Positions 11,235-23,680 of a stretch of DNA of 64,000 nt are shown in pieces. The notes below the pieces were generated by a model that had not been told where the DNA came from, searched no databases, and was given only the letters and a program-made list of their open reading frames with translations. The stretch spans positions 115,072,001-115,136,000 of the forward strand of contig OX597819.1 of assembly GCA_951406725.2 (NCBI GenBank). The letters are read 5' to 3'. The stretch is from Octopus vulgaris. Taxonomy: Eukaryota. The position numbers and the translations under genes were made by a program. Position 1 is the stretch's first letter, and each line of letters begins with the position of its first letter.

Positions 11235-12094
11235 ATTTCTGCTTATTTGTCGTAATTGCTTAATTAAGACTTTGTTTAAATTGAAAGGTGCAAATATGTG
11301 ACTATGTGACGATTACAGAGAGACATCTATATGAGCTGCTGTAATAACATCTTTCACTGGGTTCAAGCAAACATCACTCAATGAGATGGCCTTGGGTTTC
11401 AGATCTCCCTAGATAAAGAAAATATAAAACAGAATTTATCATTAAAATAAATCATTATGCTGACACATGTTGATACATGAAACAAAACATTTGCGACAAA
11501 AGCAGTGAAGTGAAAATGGAAACTGGTCGGGCAAACACTGAAACAGCCTGAGTTATGTACCTTGCTACGTTAAAGTGGAGCGTTGCCCAAGTTGGACTAG
11601 AAGACACTATTAATATATTTTTATCTAATTAAACAAATGTAAACCTTTTTGCGTATACTTGTGAATGGGCAGTCATGGATAATTTATCCAGTCAGATAGA
11701 ATAATTTCCCCCATTAGCCATTCATTTGCCTATATCTACCACCGAACATTTATATAAAAGGTGGTTCTAGCAACTGATACAAATGGTATGTTTGTATTAA
11801 ATTTGGAAATAAAATATAATCCTTAATTCTGATCAAAGTTTTTATCTCCAGATGAGAAGACAAATCTCCCACAATTTAAGTAGCTAAGAAGTTTAGAATG
11901 ACTAAACTACTGGGGTTTTATAACTAAGGCACAATAATAAATAATAGTTTTTTTTTTAAATGTCTAATTTTTTTTACACAAATTAAATAATATTTTTCGA
12001 ACAAAGTAAATAAAAAGCAAATAGCAAATAAAAAATTGTTCTTGCAATTCGTTCGAAAATGCCACCAAACAATAAAATAAATTGTCGAAGTTCA

Positions 12095-12530
12095 TTTGAT
12101 TTACTTGAATGTGAAACCATTCTAAAAGGTATTTCAGAATGTTTTCAAAATATTCCTTCCCACTTTTTCCGTATTCTTCTCTCCAAAAGAAATTCATCCA
12201 GGTACGATTCCACCATGTTCGTGTGTACCCCCATCATAGTCTTGAAACGTCTTTTTGCATTCTTCCAATAACATTCCACAGAAATTTTCCGAATGGTTCA
12301 CTTTGAAATGGGTGTATTTTGGTGTCATCCATTTCATTAATACCATTATACGCACCCCAACAATCGGAATATATAGTCGTACCTGGTTTTTATGAATTTT
12401 TTGATAAGGGGTAAAAGAGTTTCAGAGGAACGGTCAGGTACGAAGACTAGAAACCCTTTCTTGTCTTCTCGATTCCATTCTCCCAAAGCCCACCTCTCCT
12501 GTGGCATTCTACCTCTGTTGTATTTATTTT
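12095..12530 (-). pseudogene. Merlin transposase C-terminal half, frameshifted, flanked by inverted repeats (about 11964-12030 / 12551-12610)
   Basis: KYNRGR..W..GFLVFVPDRSSETLL..KPGTTIYSDCWGAY..VNHSENF..YWKNAKRRFK..YLDEF.WR. Confidence 0.85.
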
Positions 12531-12699
12531 CGTGAGATATTCAATTTTTTCTTTGCTTTTTATTTACTTTGTTCGAAAAATATTTAATTTGTGTAAAAAA
12601 ATCATATACGTTTAAAAAAAAAAAAAAAAGTTTGTTTATAAAAAATTATTTATTCACTTAGTTTAAAAAATTATTTACTTTGTTCGAAAAATATTATAT

Positions 12700-13112
12700 G
12701 GATCTTTTCGGTTTGAACGGCAGTTTTTTCTAGCGGCGTCATATGAAATTGTCACCCATAATTATGACCCTAGTATCGATCTATTGCATTTCAATCTGTT
12801 TTAGGGTTAGGGGTGGGGGGAAGGGTATCTTTTTTCTTCACAAATGTAAGTAAACCCAATCTGTTTCTTAAACGAGGGACATATTCATACTGCACAGAAT
12901 GTTTTTTTTTTACCTCAATAGACGTCAGTGATTGGTTGAAATTACAGAAATTGAAGAAAAAAGTAACAAATATCTTACAAACTATAGATTTTTCTCGATA
13001 AAGCCAAGTAAAAATGATGTTTTATAAACACATTCTACCAGTATACGAAGTTTAAAATTTTTTAGTTACCTAGAAATTATGTTAAAAACTGCCGTTCAAA
13101 CCGAAAAGATCC
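12700..13112. mobile_element. Merlin-type MITE (GGATCTTTTCGGTTTGAACGGCAG TIRs)
   Basis: About 28-bp TIRs at both ends. Opposite-orientation copy at 24059-24464. Confidence 0.9.
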
Positions 13113-13695
13113 CATATTTCGACTTTAATTTCGAGCATTTCGGCAATTTTAACCAATCGCTGACCTCCATTTGGGGTGAAAACAGATTGGGTTTATTTAC
13201 ATTTGCGAAGAAAAAAAGATACCCTTCCCTCACCCCTAACCCTAAAATAGATTGAAATGCAATAGATCGATACTAGGGTTATAATTATGGGTGACAATTT
13301 CATTTGACACCGCTAGAAAATAAATCCCATTTTCCGTAGCGGTGTCGTATGAAATTGTCACCCATAATTATAACCCTAGTTTCGATCTATTGCATTTCAA
13401 TCTATTTTAGGGGTGGGGGAAGGTATCTTTTTTTCTTCGCAAATGTAAATAAACCCAATCTGTTTCTTAAACGAGGGACATATTCATACAGCACGGAATG
13501 TTTTCACCCCAAATGGAGGTCAGCGATTGGTTGAAATTGCCGAAATGCTCGAAATTAAAGTCGAAATATGTTACAACATATAGAATTTTCTCAATAAAGC
13601 CATGAAAAAGTGGTGTTTTATAAACACATTCTACCAGTATACGAAGTTTAAAAGTGTTTAGTTAACTAGAAATTGTGTTCAAAAGGAAAATATCC
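13113..13695. mobile_element. Related MITE plus inverted partial copy forming a hairpin
   Basis: 13114-13316 is the reverse complement of 13337-13568 (one deletion) around a loop of about 20 bp. Terminal GTTCAAAAGGAAAATATCC ends at 13695. Confidence 0.8.
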
Positions 13696-14084
13696 TAATA
13701 TATATATGTAGCCAGACTTTATTTACTTAGTTTAAAAAATTATTTACTTTGCGTTTTAATCGCGCGTGCGCGAATCTATTCATTTGCATACGCGCAAGTC
13801 GATGTTGATGTACTTGACTCAATCAGTCTCCTCAAGTACCGCATGTTGCCCTATGATCTAAAGGTAGTTTTTGAGTGGGATGGTCATGCGACACTGGCGT
13901 AAGCCACAGCTGTGATCTCACTTTATTTGCCGGGTCTTCTCAGTTAGAGTGTATCTCCCGAGGGAAATCCTGGAACGAATCCCAACTGCTCAGTAGAGCT
14001 ATCTATTAGAAAATTGAAGAAATACCATGACATTAAAGGGAAATAACTTCTACAAGGATTCGCTGAAGCCGTCGGGAGTTAGAG

Positions 14085-14194
14085 CGCATTCTCTCCTGAT
14101 TACGTCATACACTTACTGGCTTCCGGTTTGCGGAGTTCTGGATTGATAACTCAATGGTTATCGATCTGTGATCCACAGTTTTTGTCTTAATACG
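14085..14194 (+). promoter_or_regulatory. Putative promoter and first exon of ZNF gene 2
   Basis: CRE-like TTACGTCA 14100-14107, ETS GCTTCCGGT 14119-14127 and donor ACG|GTAAGT at 14195. Paralogous to about 23083-23245. Confidence 0.7.
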
Positions 14195-14339
14195 GTAAGT
14201 TGACAATGATGATAATGATACTACTAACAACAATGTAAATAAGAGAATTATGTGAACTTTTCGGCGTCACAGTAATTATTTCGAAGCGAAAGCAAATATA
14301 TTAGAAAATATATTTCGTCGTCTTAAATACTCTCTCTCT

Positions 14340-14541
14340 CTTTTACCCTTTTATTGGTTTCAGTCGTTTGATTGCGGCCATGCTGGAGCACCGCCTTTAG
14401 TCGAGCAAATCGACCCCGGGACTTATTCTTTGTAAGCCCAGTACTTATTCTATCGGTCGCTTTTGCCGAACCGCTAATTGACAGGGACGTAAACACACCA
14501 GCATCGGTTGTCAGGCAATGCTAGGGGGACAAACACATACG

Positions 14542-14583
<42 letters not shown>

Positions 14584-14745
14584 TACGACAGGCTTCTTTC
14601 AGTTTCCGTCTACCAAATCCACTCACAAGGCATTGGTCAGCCCGGGGCTATAGCAGAATACACTTGCCCAAGATGCCACGCAATGGGACTGAACCCAGAA
14701 CCATGTGGTTGGTTAGCAAGCTACTTACCACACAGCCACTCCTGA
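14340..14745 (-). mobile_element. tRNA-derived SINE family A (full length)
   Basis: A/B-box head, CCTTGTGAGTGGATTTGGTAGACGGAAACTG core, (TA)n and GGCGGTGCTCCAGCATGGCC tail. Absent from the paralogous block near 23740. Confidence 0.9.
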
Positions 14746-14883
14746 GCCTATACCTTCCAAACTGAAATGTTGATTTGTTGCTTCTGAAAACCTATTATCG
14801 GCTGTTACATGTGATATAGGGGAAATTTATTTGTAAAATGAGAGTAAAGCGTTGTGATTAACGACTAAAACGAACGGAGAACC

Positions 14884-16412
14884 GGCATAACTACAGATTC
14901 CTGCCCCCCGACTTTGGATGATCATAACTTTAATTAAATTTTCTACGAATACTTGTTATAGTATGTAGATTCCGAATATACAAAACTTTTGGAGGAAAGT
15001 GTTTTAGGTGGGGAGTTTCGGAAAATTCAGCGGCGTCCACTTCAATTCTTCTTAACATTCAAAAAAATAGATGTTATATTTTTAAAAGAAATTTTCTACA
15101 AATATCCCTCGGACGATATAGATTCCGAGAACGTACGAATCTAGGGGGGAAACAATTCGGGGGTTTACTTTTGAGGACCGTTTCCCACTCAGGGGTGTTT
15201 CGTCAATGTTTGTTTCATTTTCTCCGCTTTGTGCATCCGTAGATTTCTACTGAAACAGCAGACAATAAAGCTGTTACCAGAAAACTCGTTATGCTAAAAA
15301 TACTAGCTAAAGGTCTAAACGTTTCTAACAGAAAGACATTGAATAAAATAATTCCCCCTTTGAGCTTTTTAAATTACGTATATGTGTGTGAGAGAGAGAG
15401 AGGACTAGAAATCTACAGATGCACAAACGCGCAAAACGTTTACCCTTCATGGTAAAATTACAGATTAACACCCGCACGATTTTCACTAAGAAAAAAAAAA
15501 ACTCGGATTTTTTGCGTGGGATCAAGTACCCTGACCTCCTAATATGCTGCAAATCCCATATTTTGGTCCGGAATTGCTCCGGAAAGGGGGGGGTGACACA
15601 CCCACCCACCCCGGAATTTTCACAAGGAAGAAGAAAAAAACCTCAGATTTATTGCCTGGAATCAAGTACCCTGACCTCCTAATATGCTGCAAATCCCATA
15701 TTTTGGTCCGGAAAGGGGGGGTAACCCCCCCCCGGAATTTTCACAAGGAAAAAAACAATCAGATTTTTGCGTGGAATCAAGTAACTTGACCTCCTAATAT
15801 GCTGCAAATCCCATATTTTGGTCCGGAATTGCTCCGGAAAGGGGGTAACACCCCCCCCCGAATTTTCACAAGGAAGAAGAAAAAACCTCAGATTTCTTGC
15901 GTGGAATCAAGTACCTGACCTCCTAATATGGTGCCCCATATTTTGGTCCGTTGCTCGGAAAGGGGGTAACCCCCCCCCGGAATTTTCACAAGGAAAAAAA
16001 AATAACATATCAATAATTTAGAAAAGAAACATTTCTAGAAAATAGTAAATTGAAGTGTGAACAAATCATTGGGCAAAAGAAGATTTGGCATACTGTCATG
16101 CTTTTAGCTGTCAGAAGTGAAAGTCGTCAACTTCGTGTATTTGCGTCAGGTTCGCTGTTAGGCTTATAAAACAATTGAAGTTCAGTTTAAAGTTTATAAA
16201 TAAATACATTTCATTCCATGTTCTGTTTAAACTTTATAAATAAATATATTCTTGCAGTGTGTGTATATGTGGCTATATGTCTGACTAATGTGTGTGTCTG
16301 TATTTATTGTATGTGTGTATAAGTAGTTATATGCTTATATTATCCATTATAGTAATATTTGTCTGTTGAAACCTGTATTAAGGCGGTCAATAGTTTAATT
16401 AAAGATGTATCT

Positions 16413-16454
<42 letters not shown>

Positions 16455-16472
16455 GTGTATATATACATGTGT

Positions 16473-16518
<46 letters not shown>

Positions 16519-17717
16519 GTCTATATATATACACATGTATATATAGATATATATATATAAATATATATATATACACATGTATATATATATACATGTATAG
16601 ACACATCTTTAATTAAACTATTGACCGCCTTAAAACGGGTTTCAACAGACAAATATTACTATAATGGATAATGTAATGGATAAAATTCAGACAAACTTAC
16701 CTCTTGCTGTCAAAAAAAGTGGATTAATTCTCAGCAAAACATACTGTTATGCTAGACCAGTGGTTTTCAATCAGGGTTCCGCAAGAAGTTGCAAAACTGC
16801 TAAAATCGGCAGTAATTTTTAATTCTCCTGTGCAGATATGTGTGCATAAGACTATTAAATTATTGCACAGGGGTTCCTCGAGCCAGTGGAATGTTTGAAT
16901 TACGCTGTATGGTTTCAGTTTCTAATTTTTGCTTCTGATCTCTCTGTGCCCCCCCCTCTCTATCTCAGTTGTTCATTCTGCTGATATTTAGAAAAGTTTT
17001 CGCGCCAAGTTTTGTTGTGGGCGGGAAAAGATGAACGATTTAAAATAAATATACCTTAATTGTAGTGTGAGAAAGTATATATATTCTGATGATAAAATAT
17101 ATTATCTTTCAAAAACATCCCAAATTTATAGACTATATCGTGTATGTTTAAGAAATGGTTCATGAGACATTGTTCATCTGTCTCCCCACCACACCTCCAC
17201 CTACACAAAAATTAGTTTGAGATAGAGAGGGCGGCACAGAGAGAGATCAGAAGCAAAAATTAGAACCTGACACTATCACAGAGCGTAATTCAAACATTCC
17301 ACTGGCTCGAGGAACCCCTGTACAATAATTTAATAGTCTTATGCACACATATCTGCACAGGAGAATTAAAAATTACTGCCGATTTTAGCAGTTTTGCAAC
17401 TTCTTGCGGAACCCTGATTGAAAACCACTGGTCTAGCATAACAGTATGTTTTGCTGAGAATTAATCCACTTTTTTTGACAGCAAGAGGTAAGTTTGTCTG
17501 AATTTTATCCATTACATTATCCATGATAGTAATATTTGTCTGTTGAAACCCGTTTTAAGGCGGTCAATAGTTTAATTAAAGATGTGTCTATACATGTATA
17601 TATATATACATGTGTATATATATATATTTATATATATATACATGTGTATATATATAGACATGTGTATATATATATTTATATATATATATATATATGTATA
17701 CACATGTATATATACAC

Positions 17718-17770
<53 letters not shown>

Positions 17771-19021
17771 GTATAGATACATCTTTAATTAAACTATTGA
17801 CCGCCTTAAAACAGGTTTCAACAGACAAATATTACTATAATGGATAATATAAGCATATAACTACTTATCCACACATACAATAAATACAGACACACACATT
17901 AGTCAGACATATAGCCACATATACACACACTGCAAGAATATATTTATTTATAAAGTTTAAACAGAACATGGAATGAAATGTATTTATTTATAAACTTTAA
18001 ACTGAACTTCAATTGTTTTATAAGCCTAACAGCGAACCTGACGCAAATACACGAAGTTGACGACTTTCACTTCTGACAGCTAAAAGCATGACAGTATGCC
18101 AAATCTTCTTTTGCCCAATGATTTGTTCACACTTCAATTTTGCCCAATAATTTGTTGACACTTCAATTTACTATTTTCTAGAAATGTTTCTTTTCTAAAT
18201 TATTGATATGTTATTTTTTTTTCCTTGTGAAAATTCCGGGGAGGGGTTACCCCCTTTTCGGAGCAATTCCGGACCAAAATATGGGATTTGCAGCATATTA
18301 GGAGGTCAAGTTACTTGATTCCACGCAAAAAATCTGATTTTTTTTTCCTTCTGAAAATTCCGGGGGGGGGTTTACCCCCCCCTTTCCGGACCAAAATATG
18401 GGATTTGCAGCATATTAGGAGGTCAGGGTACTTGATTCCACGCAAGAAATCTGAGGTTTTTTTCTTCTTCCTTGTGAAAATTCCGGGGGGGGGGTGTTAC
18501 CCCCCCCCCCTTTCCGGAGCAATTCCGGACCAAAATATGGGATTTGCAGCATATTAGGAGGTCAGGGTACTTGATCCCACGCAAAAAATCCGAGTTTTTT
18601 TTTTTCTTAGTGAAAATCGTGCGGGTGTTAATCTGTAATTTTACCAAAATGAAAATAATATGGGCGACTTGTTCCGAAACACCCCCGAGTAGGGAACGGT
18701 CCTCAAAAGTAACCTTCAATTGTTTTCCCCCCAAATTCCTATGTTCTCGGAATCTATATTGTCCGAGGTATATTTGTAGAAAATTTTATTTAAAAATATC
18801 TATTTTCTTGAAAGTTAAGACGAATTGAAGTGGACGCTGGTGAATTTTCCGACATACCCCATCCTACCTCCTAAAACATTTTCCGCAAAAAGTTTTGTAT
18901 ATTCAGAATCTACATGATATAACACATATTCGTACAAACTTTAATTACAAAATATCCATTTTTCTGAAAGTTATAATCATCCACAATAGGAGGCGGGGGT
19001 GCAGAAATCTGTAGTTATACC
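14884..19021. mobile_element. Old GGCATAACTAC-type foldback element hosting a younger foldback
   Basis: 14884-15201 is inverted relative to 18673-19021. Flanks GGAGAACC / GGGAAACC resemble a decayed 8-bp TSD. Confidence 0.75.
15451..18645. mobile_element. 3.2-kb near-perfect foldback (arms about 15451-16968 and 17218-18645)
   Basis: GGTAAAATTACAG...CTGTAATTTTACC ends. Arms contain tandem subrepeats of about 125 bp and nested (TA)n-centred palindromes (16341-16670, 17518-17847). Confidence 0.9.
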
Positions 19022-20108
19022 GGGAAACCTATTATAGAACACTACATTAATATGAAATTTTCTACAAATATACCTCGGACGATATAGATTCCATATTTGT
19101 ATTTGGTTTGCAAGAATCTTTATATGAATTGGTGTGTTGAAGCATATCTTGTTACATCTGGAAAGAGTAATTCTGTTTTAATACTTTGTTAATTAACACT
19201 CACCTGTTCGATTTCCGCTTATTTACTCATTTATTAATTTACCTTCTAAAATATTCGTTGCTTCTTGCAACCTCTTCAGTACTTGTTGACTGTGTCCATT
19301 ATTGGAGCCGTTTCTTTTTGTTTCTTAGTTGGCATGTATGTGTATGCGTCAGCTTGCATGAGTATACACGAATGTATATATGTATTTATGTTTATACACT
19401 CTTCTTGAATAGTACCGTAGGTAGAGTATGGAGGTCTGGCATTCTGCAGCCCACCAGGGTTGGGCACGTATGAATCCTAGAGGGCAGTTCAGTACCCATG
19501 AAGAGAAATGGGTGTTTTAATCTGTTAGCGGAAAGACTGCAGATGAGCAACAATGCTTCTTCATCATTAACTCTGATCACTTCATAAACAGCCTATTTCA
19601 TTTTTGGCAACTTTGCTCTGCGAAATTCTGGATGGCACCAGCTCACTACTCTGGTCATGTTATGACCACTATATTTTTGTTTTGGCTAGCTCCATTCCTA
19701 TTAGGTTCTAACGACTTCCAACTCAATCTACTTGGACAGTAAATGTATGACAGTGGTAGTGATATAAAATCTGCAATGTTGAATTACTATATTGTTCAAT
19801 TACCGGTTTTATCTTACTGCTTCTTTTCCTATTTCAGAATATCACAACATGTTGATGTGAAAGAAATCTCTCCATTCAGAAGTGTCTTTGATATTCTCAT
19901 CACCTAAATGAAGACTGTATATTTGTAAGGAGCATTCATGAATAAGTCAACCTCTGTATATAAATACAGTCTATAACAAAGAACAGCGAAATATTTTTTC
20001 TTTCTCTGGAATGTATGGAAGAAACATTGCATTAAATTATTCTCTGAATATAGAGACACAAGTGAACAGAAATGTATTCATAGAAATGAAAAACACATTA
20101 TCAATGTG

Positions 20109-21104
20109 ATGTGTATGATAAATAATTCTCTCATAATGAATAATTTAATTAAACCAGAAAACCCCGATACAGAGAAAAAGGCATATCACTGTAATATCTG
20201 TGGTAAATCATTCCTTCAGTATTGTTGCTTTACTTATCACCAATGGATTCACGCAGGAGGGAACGGACAGCAGTGTGATATCTGTGATAAATCATTTTCT
20301 AACAGTAGTGACGTTGCTAGACACACACATACACATACAGGAGAGAAGCCATATCATTGTGATATCTGTGGTAAATCATTTCTTCAGTATTGTTGCTTTA
20401 CTTATCACCAATGGATTCACACAGGTGGGGACGGACAGCAGTGCGATATCTGTGATAAATCATTTTCTAACAGTAGTGACGTTGCTAGACGTACACATAC
20501 AGGAGAGAAGCCATATCATTGTGATATCTGTGGTAAATCATTTTCTTACAGTAGTGAAGTTGCTAGACACACACGTACACATACTAGAGAGACGCCATAT
20601 CATTGTGATGTCTGTGGTAAATCATTTCCTTACAGTAGTAGCGTTGCTAGACACAAACGTACACATACAGGGGAGAAGCCATATCATTGTGATGTCTGTG
20701 GTAAATCATTCTCTCAAAGCAGTATCTTGACTAATCACAAAGCTACACACACAGGAGAGAAACCTCATCATTGTGGTATCTGTGGTAAATCATTCTCTCG
20801 TAATAGTGAATTGGTTACTCACAGTCGCATTCATACAGGAGAGAAACCTTATCATTGTCGCGACTGTGGTAAATCATTCTCTTGTAATAGTCATTTGGTT
20901 GCTCACAATCGCATTCATACTGGTGAGAGACCATATCATTGTGATATTTGTGGTAAATCATTCTATCAAAAAAGTCACTTGACTAGTCACAAACCTATCC
21001 ATACAGGAGTGAAACCTTATCATTGTGAGATCTGTGGTAAAACATTTTCTCAAAAGCGTCAGTTGAATAGACACACAAATATACATACAAGAGAGGAACC
21101 ATAA
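20109..21104 (+). CDS. C2H2 zinc-finger protein, gene 2 (about 11 fingers)
   Basis: Tandem fingers with TGEKPY linkers. First ATG at 20109 (the ORF track starts at GTG 20106). Acceptor TTTCAG ends at 19837; AATAAA at 21463. Confidence 0.92.
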   Translation: MCMINNSLIMNNLIKPENPDTEKKAYHCNICGKSFLQYCCFTYHQWIHAGGNGQQCDICDKSFSNSSDVARHTHTHTGEKPYHCDICGKSFLQYCCFTYHQWIHTGGDGQQCDICDKSFSNSSDVARRTHTGEKPYHCDICGKSFSYSSEVARHTRTHTRETPYHCDVCGKSFPYSSSVARHKRTHTGEKPYHCDVCGKSFSQSSILTNHKATHTGEKPHHCGICGKSFSRNSELVTHSRIHTGEKPYHCRDCGKSFSCNSHLVAHNRIHTGERPYHCDICGKSFYQKSHLTSHKPIHTGVKPYHCEICGKTFSQKRQLNRHTNIHTREEP

Positions 21105-21340
21105 TCTTGCATTAGTTGTTGTAATCCATTTTTTGCAAATGGTGTTGTAACTATACACGAAAATGTTCATACCAGACACAACCTATGTAATGGTCGTGTC
21201 TGTGGTAAATCATTCTCTCATAGACTTGACTTAACTGTACATGAACGAATCCCTACAAGAGAGTAGCTATGTCATTGTGACGTGTGGCAAATCATTCTCT
21301 CGAAAAAGCCACATGCATAAACATGTAGGTATTCACAGAG
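21105..21340 (+). pseudogene. Decayed zinc-finger repeats downstream of the gene 2 stop
   Basis: TGTGGTAAATCATTCTCT and CATTGTGACGTGTGGCAAATCATTCTCT finger remnants with stops and frameshifts. Confidence 0.8.
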
Positions 21341-22604
21341 ATGTGTTAATGTCTCAATGTCAAAATTTATTAAGTCATAACAATAATTAACACTATTTGG
21401 TCTGCGAAAACACGGGCTTTTTCCTTTCATCAATTACAGGAATTTATTAAAAAAGAATAATGAATAAAATATTTATTTTGTGTTTGTTTTTTTACTCTAT
21501 ATCTAGACCCTGTTCCCTTTCTACCATAAACCTGTCAACTGGCACAATGTGACATTCCTTCAATACTACCTTCCTCCCTCCCAGTTGTGAGCTAGTTTGT
21601 CTTGCAAGGTTCTTGGTGACCCTGTCGGTTTTGTTGTCACATAAAAAAGAAAAAAAAACACCCAGTGCACTCTGTAAAATGGTTGATATTAAGAAATGCA
21701 TTGTGCAGTTGAAAACAAGCCACATCAAACAAGGGAAACTTGTGCAGGTGAAGGCCATGTCAGCTCCAGTTGAACTATCCAACATATGCCTGAATGGAAA
21801 ACAAACGTCAAATAATGATGAATCAAGTATTTATAGCAAGATGAAATTTTTTTTCCTTTGACATGCAACTAACATATATTGCCTGTCATCTTCCTCCAAC
21901 GTATTGTGAATAAATATGCAAATATTTCTGGCGTCTGTTATTTTAGAACCAATACTTTGAAAGTGTCAAGCAGTTAGCTGGCAGCAACCTAAGCACATTG
22001 GGTAAAATGCTTAATGGTATTTCGTCTGCCGTTACATTCTGAGTTTATATTCTGCCATGGTCGACTTTGCCTTTCATCCTTTCAGGATCGCTTAAATAAG
22101 TACCATTTACACACTGGGGTCGATGTAATCGACTTAATCCGTTTGTCTGTCCTTGTTTGTCCCTTCTGTGTTTAGCCCCTTGTGGGTAGTAAAAAAATAG
22201 GTATTTCATCTGTCTTTATATTCTGAGTTCAAATTACGTCGCGGTTGACTTTGCCTTTCATTCTCTTGAGAATGAGAAATTAAGTACCAATTGCATACTG
22301 GGGTTCAATGTAAGCAAATGGCCACCTCCACAAAAATTTCAATCCTTTTGCCTAGAATAGAAAAGAATACATTGAATGTGTGTCATTTACCAAATCCACT
22401 CACAAGTTTTCACCAACCTAATCTCCTCAGAAGGCTTTGGATAAACCAAGGCTATTGTAGAAGGCACACATTTAAGGTGCCATGCAGTGGGATTGAATCC
22501 AGAAGCATGTGCTTGGGAAGGTTTCTTATGACACAGTCTGTATACATTGCCCTCTGGTTTTGTTACGAGTAATTCCAGATCTCAATGTATGTTCATAAAA
22601 AATG

Positions 22605-22745
22605 GCACACTAGTAAGAAGCCATATCATTGTGATATCTGTGGTAAATAATTCTGCCAGTGCAGTGAATTTTCTATACACAGACATTGATAGAGGTGAGA
22701 AAACATATCACTGCAAGATCTGTGGTAAATTATTTCAAGTGAGCA
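22605..22745 (+). pseudogene. Isolated two-finger ZNF remnant
   Basis: AAGCCATATCATTGTGATATCTGTGGTAAA and GEKTYHCKICGKLF. Confidence 0.75.
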
Positions 22746-23292
22746 CCTTGACACAGAGTAAAGATCTTCACAGAATGAAACAGAAATGCTGGACCTACAT
22801 CACAAGCACTGGTAAGAGTGCTATATAAATGGCACAGGTGCTGGTCCCAGGAAAAAAGAATTGGCGATGGGGCCACATGAAATGCTAAACTGGAGGTGTC
22901 ACATAAAAAGCACCGATGATGGAACCACAGAAAAGGAAGCACTGATGATGGTGTCACATTAGTAGTACTGGTGTTGGTGATCTGTAAAATGCACGGATAA
23001 GGGGCTTACAGTATAAGTACACATACTATTGCCATCTCAGCACCAACCAAAGCGACTCAGAACACTGGATAAAACAAGGCTTTAGCATTCTCTCCTGATG
23101 ACATCGTGCACTTGTTGACTTCTGGTATGGGAAGTTCTAGGCTTGTAGCACTTACATGTTAAAGATGTTTGAAAACCATCATCATTATTAATTAGACCGA
23201 CCAGTTATAGGTCGCAGATTCGCAGTTTTTAATGGAATACGGTTAGTTAACAATGACTCTCATAATACTACTAATAACAATGTAAATAGGAT

Positions 23293-23431
23293 GGGGCTAA
23301 TGCAGTTTCGCTCCTCTCCTTACAAGATGCATTTGTTTGAAAAAATTTTTTTCAGATCCCTGTGTTTTAGATGTTGGAGATTTTCCAAAAAATGCATTTT
23401 TCAAGGAGAGGTACAAAACTGCATTAGCCCC
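23293..23431. mobile_element. 139-bp Merlin-type MITE
   Basis: GGGGCTAATGCAGTTT TIRs. TSD AATAGGAT/AATAGAAT (7/8). Empty site in the paralog near 14240. Confidence 0.85.
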
Positions 23432-23460
23432 AATAGAATTATGTGAACTTCTTGATGTTG

Positions 23461-23680
23461 CGAGCTGGCAGAACCGTTAGCACGCTGGGCGAAATGCGTA
23501 GCCATATTTCATCTGCCGTTATGTTCTAAGTTCAAATTCCGCCGAGGTCAACTTTGCCTTTCATCCTTTCGGGGTCGATAAATTAAGTACCAGTTATGCA
23601 CTGGAGTCGATGTAATCGACTTAATACCTATGTCTGTCCTCTCTATGTTTAGCCCCTTGTGGGTAATAAAGAAATAGGTA
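23461..23680 (+). mobile_element. tRNA-derived SINE family B (MetaSINE-like core)
   Basis: TTTGCCTTTCATCCTTTCGGGGTCGATAAATTAAGTACCAG core. Other copies at about 21975-22360, 30135-30280, 30940-31150, 44670-44875, 46166-46400, 47090-47290, 53825-53995 and 62305-62500. Confidence 0.85.

Noticed and set aside
12800-12813. TTAGGG telomere-like repeat (also CCCTAA at 24352-24366)
   Set aside because: Only two units, and internal to a MITE.
16340-17782. YIYI-rich ORFs
   Set aside because: Translations of (TA)n microsatellite.
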